NCBI GenBank assembly: GCA_035629855.1
Contig: DASQLT010000070.1
Coordinates: forward strand, 1,295-65,294
Source: Allosphingosinicella sp.
Lineage (GTDB): Bacteria; Pseudomonadota; Alphaproteobacteria; Sphingomonadales; Sphingomonadaceae
Reading direction: 5' to 3'
Length of the DNA stretch: 64,000 nt
Shown piece by piece: positions 1-9,942 of this stretch (positions are counted from its first letter, which is position 1; the number at the start of each line of letters is the position of its first letter). A program made the translations under genes and the position numbers. Under the pieces are notes generated by a model. It saw only the letters and a program-made list of their open reading frames with translations. It made no database searches and was not told the DNA's origin.

Positions 1-729
1 GATTGAAGAAGCGCGGCGGGGTGCCCAGGCGGTTGGCCCCGTCATATCCCCAGTAGATTCCGATGAGCGTATCCAATGCCGTTCGGCGCTTGTTGACCAG
101 GGCCGTGGGCAAGTTAGCCGTCAGGTCCGGCCGGATGCCGCGCGCCCGAACATCGCGCAGCGCCTGCAAATATTTCGGATCGGCGCCATTGGCGAAGGGC
201 GGGGCGACAATCCAGGCCTGGCGGAGACCGCGAAAGTTTGCGTCTGGGCACCGTAAAACGGCGCATGAAACCCTTGGCCTGGATTATCCGGGTCGGGACG
301 ATGCCGTCCCCGCCCCATCGAGGGAACGTAACCGCAGGCGCGCGCGTCCATGTCGTTGGCGCGCCGGTTGAGAAGAACGCTGCCGGCGAGCTGTCCGGTT
401 TGGAAGCTCGGGCTCGCGGTATCGAAGCAGTTCAGCTGCGCGTTGAAGACGTCGAGCTGGGCGCTGTAAAGGAACGACAATGTTCTGAAGGCTGCGCCCG
501 CGATGGCGTCGCGGGCGGACGTCGAGCCCGGAAACACGAAAGACGGCGGGTTCAAATAGCGCGGGGAGGCCGTCACCGCGGCGAATGCGTCGTACATCGC
601 CAGATGCACGATAGCCAATGCCCGCGCCGAGAGCACCGGCCCGTTCTGCTGCCGTTTGTCGGGATCGCTGTGGCTGATGCGGCTGGCTTCGAGGGCGACC
701 GCGTTCCAGAATAGAATGGCGTCCTGCAT
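1..729 (-). pseudogene. vanadium-dependent haloperoxidase / PAP2-superfamily-like protein; N-terminal part, runs off the left edge, reading frame broken near 215-235
   Basis: From the ATG at 729 (AGGAGA upstream) the ORF reads MQDAILFWNAVALEASRISH...LSARALAIVHLAMYDAF...GFHAPFYG. My hand translation of the minus strand of 1-200 in a different frame continues PPFANGADPKYLQALRDVRARG...IGIYWGYDGANRLGTPPRFFN. The two conserved halves are therefore in different frames. Confidence 0.6.
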
Positions 730-893
730 CGCTGATTCTCCTGAGAGGGAACGCGTTACAAGGCAGCCTGACCCTGGGCCCAAACGGCTCGTTGGGCGAG
801 CCTAACCTGCTCCATTTCGGACGGGCGGGGTCCTTGCCGGGGACCCGGACCTTTCCCAAAGGCCAGGAAGCCGGAAGGGCGACATCCGCGGGG

Positions 894-971
894 TAAACAG
901 TGACAGTATACATTTATCGTAAAGTACATGGCCGGGCCGGCGGGAAGGTAAATGTATACTGTCACTGTTTA
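894..971. repeat. 78-bp element with perfect 23-bp inverted repeats TAAACAGTGACAGTATACATTTA (894-916 / 949-971) around a 32-bp spacer; second copy at 53152-53228
   Basis: Read directly from the sequence. Arms are identical between the two loci except one base, and the interiors are unrelated. It lies about 165 bp upstream of the minus-strand haloperoxidase-like start. Confidence 0.9.
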
Positions 972-1281
972 ACCCGTGCCAAAGTCAGCAGCGCTCGGTC
1001 TTCAAGTTCCCCGCTTCGCCATAAGCCCGGATCTGCGCGTCGCGCCCTGATCTAGGCCTCGCGGCTGGCGGCCGGCGCCGGGGGCCGCTCCTATCGGCGG
1101 GTGGTCGTCGGGGTCGATCCCCCGGCCTCGCAGGGCGGAACCTGCGCTCCCGGATGTGGCTGAACAGTGCGGGGCATTGTTCACCTGCTCATGGTCTGGG
1201 CCGTGACCGAGCTGGCGGTGAAGCCGCAACGGGCCGAGCCTCGGACTCGGAGGCTCTAATTCGCTGCGCTGAAAATGCTTT

Positions 1282-1307
1282 GGTACCCCAAGGCTCGGGG
1301 GGGCGTT
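1282..1307 (+). promoter_or_regulatory. candidate EcfG-like general-stress promoter upstream of katE (GGTAC-N17-CGTT, one mismatch in the -35)
   Basis: GGTAC at 1282-1286 and CGTT at 1304-1307, about 30 nt before the katE ATG. The consensus GGAAC-N16/17-CGTT is established for alphaproteobacterial EcfG. Confidence 0.25.
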
Positions 1308-1337
1308 TACGGAAGCTCAACCAGATCGAGGACGAGC

Positions 1338-3548
1338 ATGGCACGCAAGGGCGACAAGGGCGACAAGGGCGACACGGGCAAGATCAAGGGCGACACGGGC
1401 AAGATCAAGGGCCAGACCAGGAAGAAGGTGCCCGACGATCTTCCGGGCGGTTCGGATCTTCCCACCCATTATGACGAGCCCCGAGGCGCCGGCGGCGAGA
1501 CCCACCAGTCGACCCGCGATCCGGCGCGGACGATGACCAGCCAGCAGGGCATCCCGGTGTCCGACGGCCAGAACAGCCTTCGAATCGGCGCCCGCGGACC
1601 GACCCTGCTCGAGGATTTCCAGCTTCGCGAGAAAATCTTCCATTTCGACCATGAGCGCATTCCGGAGCGGGTCGTCCATGCCCGAGGCTACGGCGCGCGC
1701 GGCTTCTTCGAGCTCACCAAGTCGCTCTCCGAATATACCCGCGCCGACATCCTCTCGACGGTGGGCCGAAGGACCGAGGCTTTCGTCCGCTTCTCGACCG
1801 TTGCGGGCCGGGCCGGATCGCGCGACCTCGCCCGCGACGTTCGCGGCTTCGCGGTCAAGATGTACACGCGCGAAGGCAATTGGGACCTTGTCGGAAACAA
1901 TATCCCCGTCTTCTTCATCCAGGACGCGATCAAGTTCCCGGACCTGGTCCACGCCGCCAAGGAGGAGCCCGACCGCGCCTTCCCGCAGGCGGCGACCGCG
2001 CACGACAATTTCTGGGACTTCGCGAGCCTGACCCCGGAAGCCTGGCACATGATCATGTGGACCATGTCGGACCGCGCCCTTCCGCGCTCGTTCCGGACAA
2101 TGGAAGGCTTTGGAGTCCACAGCTTCCGGCTGGTCGACGCCGAGGGCGCCTCGACCTTCGTCAAATTCCACTGGAAGCCCAAGCAGGGCCTTCAGTCGGT
2201 GCTGTGGAACGAGGCGGTCAAGATCAGCGGCGCCGATCCCGATTTCCACCGGCGCGATTTGTGGGAGGCGATCGAATCCGGCGACTTTCCGGAATGGGAG
2301 CTGGGGGTGCAATTGTTCGACGACGAGATCGCCGCGAAGCTGCCCTTCGACCATCTCGATTCGACGAAGCTCATTCCCGAGGAGCTGGTGCCGGTCCGGA
2401 TCGTCGGCCGGCTGGTGCTGAACAGCAATGTCGACAATTTCTTCGCAGAGACCGAGCAGGTCGCCTTCTGCACCCAGAACGTTCCGCCGGGAATCGACTT
2501 CAGCGACGACCCGTTGCTACACGGCCGCAATTTTTCCTACCTCGACACGCAGCTCAAGCGGCTCGGCGGGCCGAACTTCACCCACATTCCGGTCAACGCG
2601 CCGCGATGCCCGGTCATGAACTTCCAGCAGGACGGTCACATGGCGATGACCAACCCCAAGGGGCGGGTCAATTATGAGCCGAACAGCTGGGGCGAGAACG
2701 CCGGCCCGCGCGAGAATCCGGAAATCGGCCACACCAGCTTCGCCGCACCGGTCGAGGGCGTGAAGCAGCGCGTCCGCTCGGAGACCTTCGCCGATCATTA
2801 CAGCCAGGCGCGGCAATTCTACGTCAGCCAGCAGAAGATCGAGCAGAAGCATATCGGGGACGCGCTCGTGTTCGAGCTCAGCAAGGTCGACCGGGTCGAC
2901 ATCCGCGCCCGCTCCGTCTCGCACCTTCGCAACATCGACGAGGATTTGGCGGCGACGGTGGCCGACGGCCTCGGAATGGCCCTGCCAAAGGCCGCGGTGG
3001 CGGCGAAGCCGACCCTCGACCTGCCGCCGTCGGCCAAGCTCAGCATCATCGCCAACGGTCCGGACAGCTTCAAGGGCCGAAAGATGGGGCTGCTCCTGAC
3101 CGACGGTTCGGATTCGGAGCTGTTCAACGCCCTGACCAAGGCGCTCGATCGCGCCGGCGCCGTCTGGGAAGTAATCGCCCCGAAGATCGGGGGCGTCGTC
3201 CTGAGCGACGGCACCGCGGTCGCGGCGAAGCACAAGATCGACGGCGGGCCCTCGGTATTGTTCGACGCGGTGGCGATCCTGCCTTCGAGCGAGGGCGCCG
3301 CCCTGCTCGCCGGCGACGCCGCGGCCAAGGACTTCGTCTCCGACGCCTACGGCCATTGCAAATATATTGGCCACAATTCGGAAGCGAAGGCGCTCTTCGC
3401 TGAAGCGCGGGTGCCGCCGGAGCTGGACGAGGGCTTCGTCGCTTTGAAGAAGGCCGGCAACGCCAAGGCCTTCGTCGCGACCTGTGCGAGGCTTCGCTAC
3501 TGGCCTCGCGAGATGGAGGTCGATCTGGACGCGGCTTCGGTCCGGTAG
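1338..3548 (+). CDS. katE: large-subunit monofunctional catalase (HPII type) with C-terminal DJ-1/PfpI-like domain
   Basis: Catalase core motifs [20 protein letters not shown] and [12 protein letters not shown]. About 736 aa from the ATG at 1338, with a long C-terminal extension typical of HPII. Confidence 0.93.
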   Translation: MARKGDKGDKGDTGKIKGDTGKIKGQTRKKVPDDLPGGSDLPTHYDEPRGAGGETHQSTRDPARTMTSQQGIPVSDGQNSLRIGARGPTLLEDFQLREKIFHFDHERIPERVVHARGYGARGFFELTKSLSEYTRADILSTVGRRTEAFVRFSTVAGRAGSRDLARDVRGFAVKMYTREGNWDLVGNNIPVFFIQDAIKFPDLVHAAKEEPDRAFPQAATAHDNFWDFASLTPEAWHMIMWTMSDRALPRSFRTMEGFGVHSFRLVDAEGASTFVKFHWKPKQGLQSVLWNEAVKISGADPDFHRRDLWEAIESGDFPEWELGVQLFDDEIAAKLPFDHLDSTKLIPEELVPVRIVGRLVLNSNVDNFFAETEQVAFCTQNVPPGIDFSDDPLLHGRNFSYLDTQLKRLGGPNFTHIPVNAPRCPVMNFQQDGHMAMTNPKGRVNYEPNSWGENAGPRENPEIGHTSFAAPVEGVKQRVRSETFADHYSQARQFYVSQQKIEQKHIGDALVFELSKVDRVDIRARSVSHLRNIDEDLAATVADGLGMALPKAAVAAKPTLDLPPSAKLSIIANGPDSFKGRKMGLLLTDGSDSELFNALTKALDRAGAVWEVIAPKIGGVVLSDGTAVAAKHKIDGGPSVLFDAVAILPSSEGAALLAGDAAAKDFVSDAYGHCKYIGHNSEAKALFAEARVPPELDEGFVALKKAGNAKAFVATCARLRYWPREMEVDLDAASVR

Positions 3549-3560
3549 GGCGGATTCATT

Positions 3561-3695
3561 CCTCGCCCGCTTTCGCGGGCGAGGAGGGGCCCGCCGCGAA
3601 GCGGTGGGAGGCGAGGGTCTTGCTGAGTCTGCGGTACAGACCCTCACCTCCCAAGCTTCGCTTGGGCCCCTCCTCTCCCGTAAAGACGGGAGAGG
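3561..3695. repeat. REP-like palindromic element, family A (core ...CCCTCACCTCCCA..CTTCGC..GGGCCCCTCCTCTCCCG-loop-CGGGAGAGG)
   Basis: Imperfect palindrome of about 135 bp built from two terminal hairpins and two GGGAGG/CCCTCA arms. Nearly the same element occurs at 43267-43407. Confidence 0.85.
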
Positions 3696-4618
3696 AGCTT
3701 ATGCCGCTCGGGCGGCCGCACGGCGGTCAGCGCCTTTCGCGCCGCCAGGGTCTCGGGAGTCCGGATGTTCCAGGCGAGGCCGAGGCGCTCGAGCAGGCGG
3801 ATGAACAGCCAGCCCCAGTCGGCCTGGCCGGGGTAGAGGCCGATCTTCGCGGAGCCGGGGAAAGCGTGGTGGTTGTTGTGCCACGCCTCGCCCATCGTCG
3901 GGATCGCGGCCCAGGGGACGTCGTGGGCCTGGACTCCGGCACCGTCGACCAGCCAGCTCTGCGGACCTCGGCGATGCGCGAGATGGCCGACGAACCAATG
4001 CCCGGTAACGGAGGCGGCGACCCGAGCGCAGACGCCCCAGGCGACGAAAGACCAGCCTCCGAGCCAGAACAAGGCGAGCGCGATCGGCACCTGCTGGAGC
4101 ATCCAGGTCCGCTCGAGGAAGCGGTAGAAGGGATCACGGCCGATCCGTCCCAGATCGAAGGAAGGCGGACGGTCGAGGTCCAGGCGGCAGTGGATCTGCC
4201 ACCAGGCGTCGACGATCATCGGGCGGCGGTGGGCGAGATAATCGTGGCAATGCGGCTGGCGCTGCGCCCAGTCGCGCAGATCGTGGGTGCGGATCATCCA
4301 GAAGGGGCCGCTCATTCCGACGGCGGTGCCGAACCAGACCAGGGTCCGCTCCAGCCACAAAGGGCAATCGAAGCTTCCGTGGATCAGCCGGCGATGGAAG
4401 CCGACGGAATGGCCGAGAAGGAGGCCGGCGCCCGTGGTCAGCAGGAAGGCCGCGAAGGCCGCCGGGGAGAAGGTCGGCGGACCCAGGATCAGCGCCGCCG
4501 CGAGCATCGCCCCGTTCCACAGCGAATGAATGGGCTCCCACCGCACCCGCCCCGCCGACGGATCGGCATATCCGGCGCGAAGCGAATTCACGGCGTGAGG
4601 GTCTTCCGAATCGGTCAT
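3644..4618 (-). CDS. membrane fatty-acid desaturase family protein
   Basis: Histidine boxes HSVGFHRRLIH, HDYLAH and HNNHH plus hydrophobic segments. The last ~17 codons run into REP element A1, so the C-terminus is uncertain. Confidence 0.8.
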   Translation of the reverse strand: MTDSEDPHAVNSLRAGYADPSAGRVRWEPIHSLWNGAMLAAALILGPPTFSPAAFAAFLLTTGAGLLLGHSVGFHRRLIHGSFDCPLWLERTLVWFGTAVGMSGPFWMIRTHDLRDWAQRQPHCHDYLAHRRPMIVDAWWQIHCRLDLDRPPSFDLGRIGRDPFYRFLERTWMLQQVPIALALFWLGGWSFVAWGVCARVAASVTGHWFVGHLAHRRGPQSWLVDGAGVQAHDVPWAAIPTMGEAWHNNHHAFPGSAKIGLYPGQADWGWLFIRLLERLGLAWNIRTPETLAARKALTAVRPPERHKLLSRLYGRGGAQAKLGR

Positions 4619-4636
4619 CCCGAAACTCCTGAAGCA

Positions 4637-4654
4637 ATTAAGTCATCACTTAAT
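4637..4654. promoter_or_regulatory. candidate operator: palindrome ATTAAGT-CATC-ACTTAAT in the desaturase/ArsR divergent intergenic region
   Basis: Perfect 7-bp arms read from the sequence, followed by a TCACTTA direct repeat. It sits between the divergent starts at 4618 and 4707. Confidence 0.35.
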
Positions 4655-4706
4655 CACTTACGCGATGGGCTTGCAAGTGGTAAAGCGACTGCTTAAATGC
4701 TTTTTC

Positions 4707-5039
4707 ATGCAGCGCGTCTTCGAAGCCCTCTCGTCAACCGTCCGGCGCAAGATCCTCGCCTATCTGGCCCATGCCGACCTCACCGCCGGCGAGATCGCCG
4801 CGCGCTTTGACATCTCCAAGTCGGCGGTGTCCCAGCATCTGGGGATACTCGAGAATGCCGGGCTGGTGACGAGCGAGAAGAAGGGGCAGTTCGTTCATTA
4901 TGCGCTGGTGCCGGACAGCGTGGCCAACACCTTGAACACCTATCTCCAGCAGGTCTGCCCGGTCTCGGGGCCGCTCAAGAAGGAAAGCGCCGAGATTGCG
5001 GCCAAGCGGGTTTCTGGCGAGGGGTCCGCAGGCGACTAG
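4707..5039 (+). CDS. ArsR/SmtB family transcriptional regulator
   Basis: RRKILAYLAHADLTAGEIAARFDISKSAVSQHLGILENAGLV is a typical ArsR winged HTH. I prefer the ATG at 4707 over the upstream ORF start. Confidence 0.85.
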   Translation: MQRVFEALSSTVRRKILAYLAHADLTAGEIAARFDISKSAVSQHLGILENAGLVTSEKKGQFVHYALVPDSVANTLNTYLQQVCPVSGPLKKESAEIAAKRVSGEGSAGD

Positions 5040-5078
5040 GTCGGCGCGCGCTGGCGCTGGGTAGAAGCGAGAGCTTAG

Positions 5079-6422
<1,344 letters not shown>

Positions 6423-6558
6423 GGTTTTGACCCATTTGAGGTAGAGAGCGGCTTGGTGGAAATTCCAGGATCTTCGGCGCGACGAGGGACCGACCGGTCG
6501 GCCTCGCGCTTGCCATGGATCGGCGGTCGCAATAGAGCGCCCGTCCTTTCCGGAGTAG

Positions 6559-7785
6559 TTGATGTCGTCGAACGAACTCGTGATGCGCCGTCCGTTCCTG
6601 CCCCGGCTTCCGGGGCTGAGGCATTGGCTCGCCTCGGCCGTTCTCGCGACCACGGCCGGCCTCTACCTGATCGCGGGACTTAGCGTCGCCTGGTTCGAGC
6701 CGGCCAGCGCCACCCCGAACGCACGCTTCGCCAACAACGTCCGCGGGATTCCGGGGCTGGGCATTCCGCCCCAGCCCGAGCCGCTCCAGTTCCGCGAGAT
6801 CGCGCCTCAGGACGCCGTGACGATCAACGCCGCGGTGGCGCTTTCCACGCTTCCGAACCCCGCCGCCCGGCCGTTCGGCGCCGCTTTCGCGACCCCCGCC
6901 GACCGGTTGCGCGCGGTCGAGTGCCTGACCGCCGCCGTTTATTACGAAGCGGCGGTCGAGGCGACGGCCGGCCAGCAGGCGGTCGCCCAGGTCGTCCTCA
7001 ACCGCGCCCGCCACCCGGCCTATCCGCGAACCGTGTGCGGAGTCGTCTTCCAGGGGCAGGAGCGGGCGACGGGCTGCCAGTTCACCTTCACCTGCGACGG
7101 CGCGCTTCGGCGAACGCCTTCCGCGTCCGGCTGGGCCCGCGCCCGCCGGGTCGCCGAGGAAGCGCTCGCCGGCAAGGTCTACGCGCCGGTGGGCTGGGCG
7201 ACCCATTACCACACCAATTGGGTCGTTCCTTATTGGAGCTCCAGCCTGACCAAGCTCGCCAATGTCGGCACCCACATCTTCTACCGCTGGGAGGGCGGTT
7301 GGGGCAAACCGGCGGCGTTCCGCTTCGGCCCGGGCCGGGTCGAGCCGCAGGTCGCCAAGATGCGAAGCCTGACTTCGGATCCCACCAGCCTCGCCGACGC
7401 TCCGTCGATCGACGAGGCCGCCGCTCTGGCCGCGGCCGAGGCCGCCGCCGCGGCGGCCGCCGCGGTGGAGGTGGGGACCAAGCCCCCGGGCAGCATCGAC
7501 AGCTTCACCCGCGCCGTTCTTCGCCGCTACGAGCCGCCGACCGCCGAGGCGTCCACCGCCGCGGTCCAGGTCCGTTCCGGCAAGCCGCTCTCGGCGAGCA
7601 CGCATTGGGCGCTCTCCGGAGTGCCGGCCAAGACCGAGGCCGGCGGCGCCGCCGCCAAGCCGCCCGCCCCGGCGTCGGCCAAGCCGGCGGCGACGGCCGC
7701 CCCGGAAACGGCGCCGAAGTGCCTCGACGGCGTTCGCCGGGTGCTGAGCGGCAAGGCGGTTTCGGAGAAGACCCCGGGCTGTTGA
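6559..7785 (+). CDS. cell-wall hydrolase, SleB/Hydrolase_2 family, with Ala/Pro-rich C-terminal region
   Basis: Core AVECLTAAVYYEA...AQVVLNRARHPAYPRTVCGVVFQG...QFTFTCDG. N-terminal membrane anchor. Confidence 0.8.
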   Translation: MMSSNELVMRRPFLPRLPGLRHWLASAVLATTAGLYLIAGLSVAWFEPASATPNARFANNVRGIPGLGIPPQPEPLQFREIAPQDAVTINAAVALSTLPNPAARPFGAAFATPADRLRAVECLTAAVYYEAAVEATAGQQAVAQVVLNRARHPAYPRTVCGVVFQGQERATGCQFTFTCDGALRRTPSASGWARARRVAEEALAGKVYAPVGWATHYHTNWVVPYWSSSLTKLANVGTHIFYRWEGGWGKPAAFRFGPGRVEPQVAKMRSLTSDPTSLADAPSIDEAAALAAAEAAAAAAAAVEVGTKPPGSIDSFTRAVLRRYEPPTAEASTAAVQVRSGKPLSASTHWALSGVPAKTEAGGAAAKPPAPASAKPAATAAPETAPKCLDGVRRVLSGKAVSEKTPGC

Positions 7786-7790
7786 AAACG

Positions 7791-7965
7791 CGTCGCCCCA
7801 GCGCAGGCTGGGGCCCCGGGGGGTGAAGGGCGCGGGCGGTCTTCACCCGCTGGGATGATGACGTTCCATTCCCGTCATTCCGGCGAAGGCCGGAATCCAT
7901 GGACACCGCTGGCCGGGACGTCACGCTTCCGTGTTCATGGATCCCGGCCTACGCCGGGATGACGG
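7791..7965. repeat. REP-like element, family C (compound copy; CGTCGCCCCAGCG.AGGCTGGGGCC ... GTCATTCCGGCGAAGGCCGGAATCC ... GGATCCCGGCCTACGCCGGGATGACGG)
   Basis: Several stem-loops of the GCGAAGGC type fill the whole SleB / CoA-ligase convergent gap. Confidence 0.85.
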
Positions 7966-7966
7966 A

Positions 7967-9553
7967 TCAGTCTCTCAGCGCAAACCGCTGCAATTTCCCC
8001 GTCGCCGTCTTTGGAAGCGCTTCGACGAATTCCAGGTCGCGCGGATATTTGTAGGGGGCGATGACCGCCTTCACATGGTCCTGAAGCTCGCGGGCGAGCG
8101 CCTCGTCCGGCTCCCGGCCCGGGGCGGCGACCACATAGGCTTTCACCTTCTGGCCGCGCGCCTCGCAAGGCACTCCGATCACGGCGCATTCCTGGACGGC
8201 TTGGTGGGCGTAGAGGGCGTTCTCGACCTCCGGAGCGGCGATGTTGTAGCCGGCCGAGACGATCATGTCGTCCGAGCGGGCGACGTACCAGAAATAGCCC
8301 TGCTCGTCGGCGCGGTAGGTGTCGCCGGTGACGTTCCATCCGTCCTCGACGTAATCCGACTGGCGCTCGTCGTCGAAATAGCGGCAGCCGGTCGGCCCCT
8401 TGACGGCCAGCCGGCCGATACCGTGGGGCAGGGGCTTGCCCGCCTCGTCGAGCACGCAGGCTCGGTAGCCGGGAACGGCCCTGCCGGTGGCGCCGGGGCG
8501 GATGTCGTCGCCGGACGCGGAGATGAAGATGTGCATCATCTCGGTCGCGCCGATGCCGTCGATTATGCGAAGGCCGGTGGCGTCGTTCCAGGCCTGCCAG
8601 GTCGCGGCCGGCAGATGCTCGCCGGCGGAGACGCAGGTGTCGAGGGTGGAGATGTCGGAACCGTCTTGCAGGAGCCCCAGCATCGCCTTGTAGGCGGTGG
8701 GGGCGGTGGCCAGGGTCGTCACTCCGAACTTCGCGATCGCCTCAAGCAGCGGCTTGGGTCCCGGCTGCTCGATCGTCACCGCCGCACCCCCGAAGCGCCA
8801 CGGGAAGATGAGCAGCATGCCGAGTCCGAAGGTGAAGGCGATCGGGGCCGAGCAGGCCCAGCGGCCGCCGGCCCGGGGCTTCAGGATCCGGCGGGCGAAG
8901 CTGTCGGCGGGGGCGAGTATGTCGCGATGGTAATGGACGCAGCCCTTGGGACGGCCCGTCGTCCCGGAAGTGAAGGCGATCAGGGCGACGTCGTCGCGGC
9001 GGGTTTCGACCGGAGCGAAGCCGGGACGGACCGATTCCAGCCGCCCCTCGAGCCGCCCGCCGCCGGAATCGCCGGCATAGGTGAGGAGGGAGCGGATCAG
9101 CCCGGTGTCGTCCGCGGCCTTCATGAAGTCGTCGAGGAAGCGATCGTCGACGATGGCGTGACGGACCCGAGCGCGTTCGAGGATCGTCGCCACCTCGCCC
9201 GGGCGGAGCATCGGCATGGTCGCGACGACGATGCCGCCGGCCTTGAGCACTCCGAGCCAGCAGGCGAACAGCATCGCCCCGTTCGGACCGCGCAGGAGCA
9301 CTCGGTCGCCGGGGCGGAGATCCTCCTCTTCGGCGAGCAGGCGCGCGATCCGGTCGCTGAGGCCTCGCATCTCGCCATAGGTCCAGCGGCCCTCGTCGTT
9401 GATCACCGCCAAGGCGTCGGGGTCGCCCTTGTCGATCAGCTCGACCGCGGCGTTCAGATATTCGGGATATTGGAGCTCGGGCAGGTCGAACAGGAATTCG
9501 GGCTGGGCCTCCGGCGGGGGGAGGCGGTCGCGGACGAAGGCGTCGATTACCAT
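7967..9553 (-). CDS. AMP-dependent aryl/acyl-CoA ligase (benzoate/salicylate/aminobenzoate-CoA ligase-like)
   Basis: AMP-binding motifs FTSGTTGRPKG, GATEMMH and TGDTY, with a C-terminal PKTATGKLQR. Confidence 0.85.
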   Translation of the reverse strand: MVIDAFVRDRLPPPEAQPEFLFDLPELQYPEYLNAAVELIDKGDPDALAVINDEGRWTYGEMRGLSDRIARLLAEEEDLRPGDRVLLRGPNGAMLFACWLGVLKAGGIVVATMPMLRPGEVATILERARVRHAIVDDRFLDDFMKAADDTGLIRSLLTYAGDSGGGRLEGRLESVRPGFAPVETRRDDVALIAFTSGTTGRPKGCVHYHRDILAPADSFARRILKPRAGGRWACSAPIAFTFGLGMLLIFPWRFGGAAVTIEQPGPKPLLEAIAKFGVTTLATAPTAYKAMLGLLQDGSDISTLDTCVSAGEHLPAATWQAWNDATGLRIIDGIGATEMMHIFISASGDDIRPGATGRAVPGYRACVLDEAGKPLPHGIGRLAVKGPTGCRYFDDERQSDYVEDGWNVTGDTYRADEQGYFWYVARSDDMIVSAGYNIAAPEVENALYAHQAVQECAVIGVPCEARGQKVKAYVVAAPGREPDEALARELQDHVKAVIAPYKYPRDLEFVEALPKTATGKLQRFALRD

Positions 9554-9942
9554 TCCTCCACCACCGCGGTCGTTTCGATCTCGATCCGGGCCCGAGGCTC
9601 GACCAGGGCGCCGACCTCGACCACCGCCATCGCCGGGAAGTGCCGGCCGATCACTTCCTTGTAGACGGCGCCGATCCCGGCGAGGCCCAGGCGATATTCG
9701 TCCACGTCGACGACGTACCAGGTCATCCGGACGATATGCTCCGGCCCGGCCCCGCCCTCGGCGAGGATGGCGAGGGTGTTGAGAAGGATCTGGCGAAGCT
9801 GGCCGGCGAGATCGTCGGCGACGATCGTCCCGTTTTCGTCCCAGCCGATGATCCCGGCGGTGAACAGCATCCGTCCCTTGGCCGAGACGCCGTTGGAAAA
9901 GCCGCTCGGCCGCGGCCAGCCGGGGGGGAGCAGGGTCTTCAC
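9547..9942 (-). CDS. RidA/YjgF family protein
   Basis: 131 aa with the YjgF-like pattern FTAGIIG...MTWYVVD...[12 protein letters not shown]. It overlaps both neighbours (operon). Confidence 0.85.
   Translation of the reverse strand: MKTLLPPGWPRPSGFSNGVSAKGRMLFTAGIIGWDENGTIVADDLAGQLRQILLNTLAILAEGGAGPEHIVRMTWYVVDVDEYRLGLAGIGAVYKEVIGRHFPAMAVVEVGALVEPRARIEIETTAVVEEW

Noticed and set aside
949-971. dif/Xer-like site, because of the TGTATA core in the 23-bp repeat arm.
   Set aside because: The flanking 11-mers do not resemble XerC/XerD arms. The sequence occurs four times (two inverted pairs) rather than once, which is inconsistent with a chromosome dimer-resolution site.
1002-1260. Possible terminase/GTA-like gene remnant (plus-frame YRRVVVGVDPPASQGG...).
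   Set aside because: There is only a short VGVDPP-like resemblance interrupted by stops, with no further conserved blocks. That is too weak to call without a database search.
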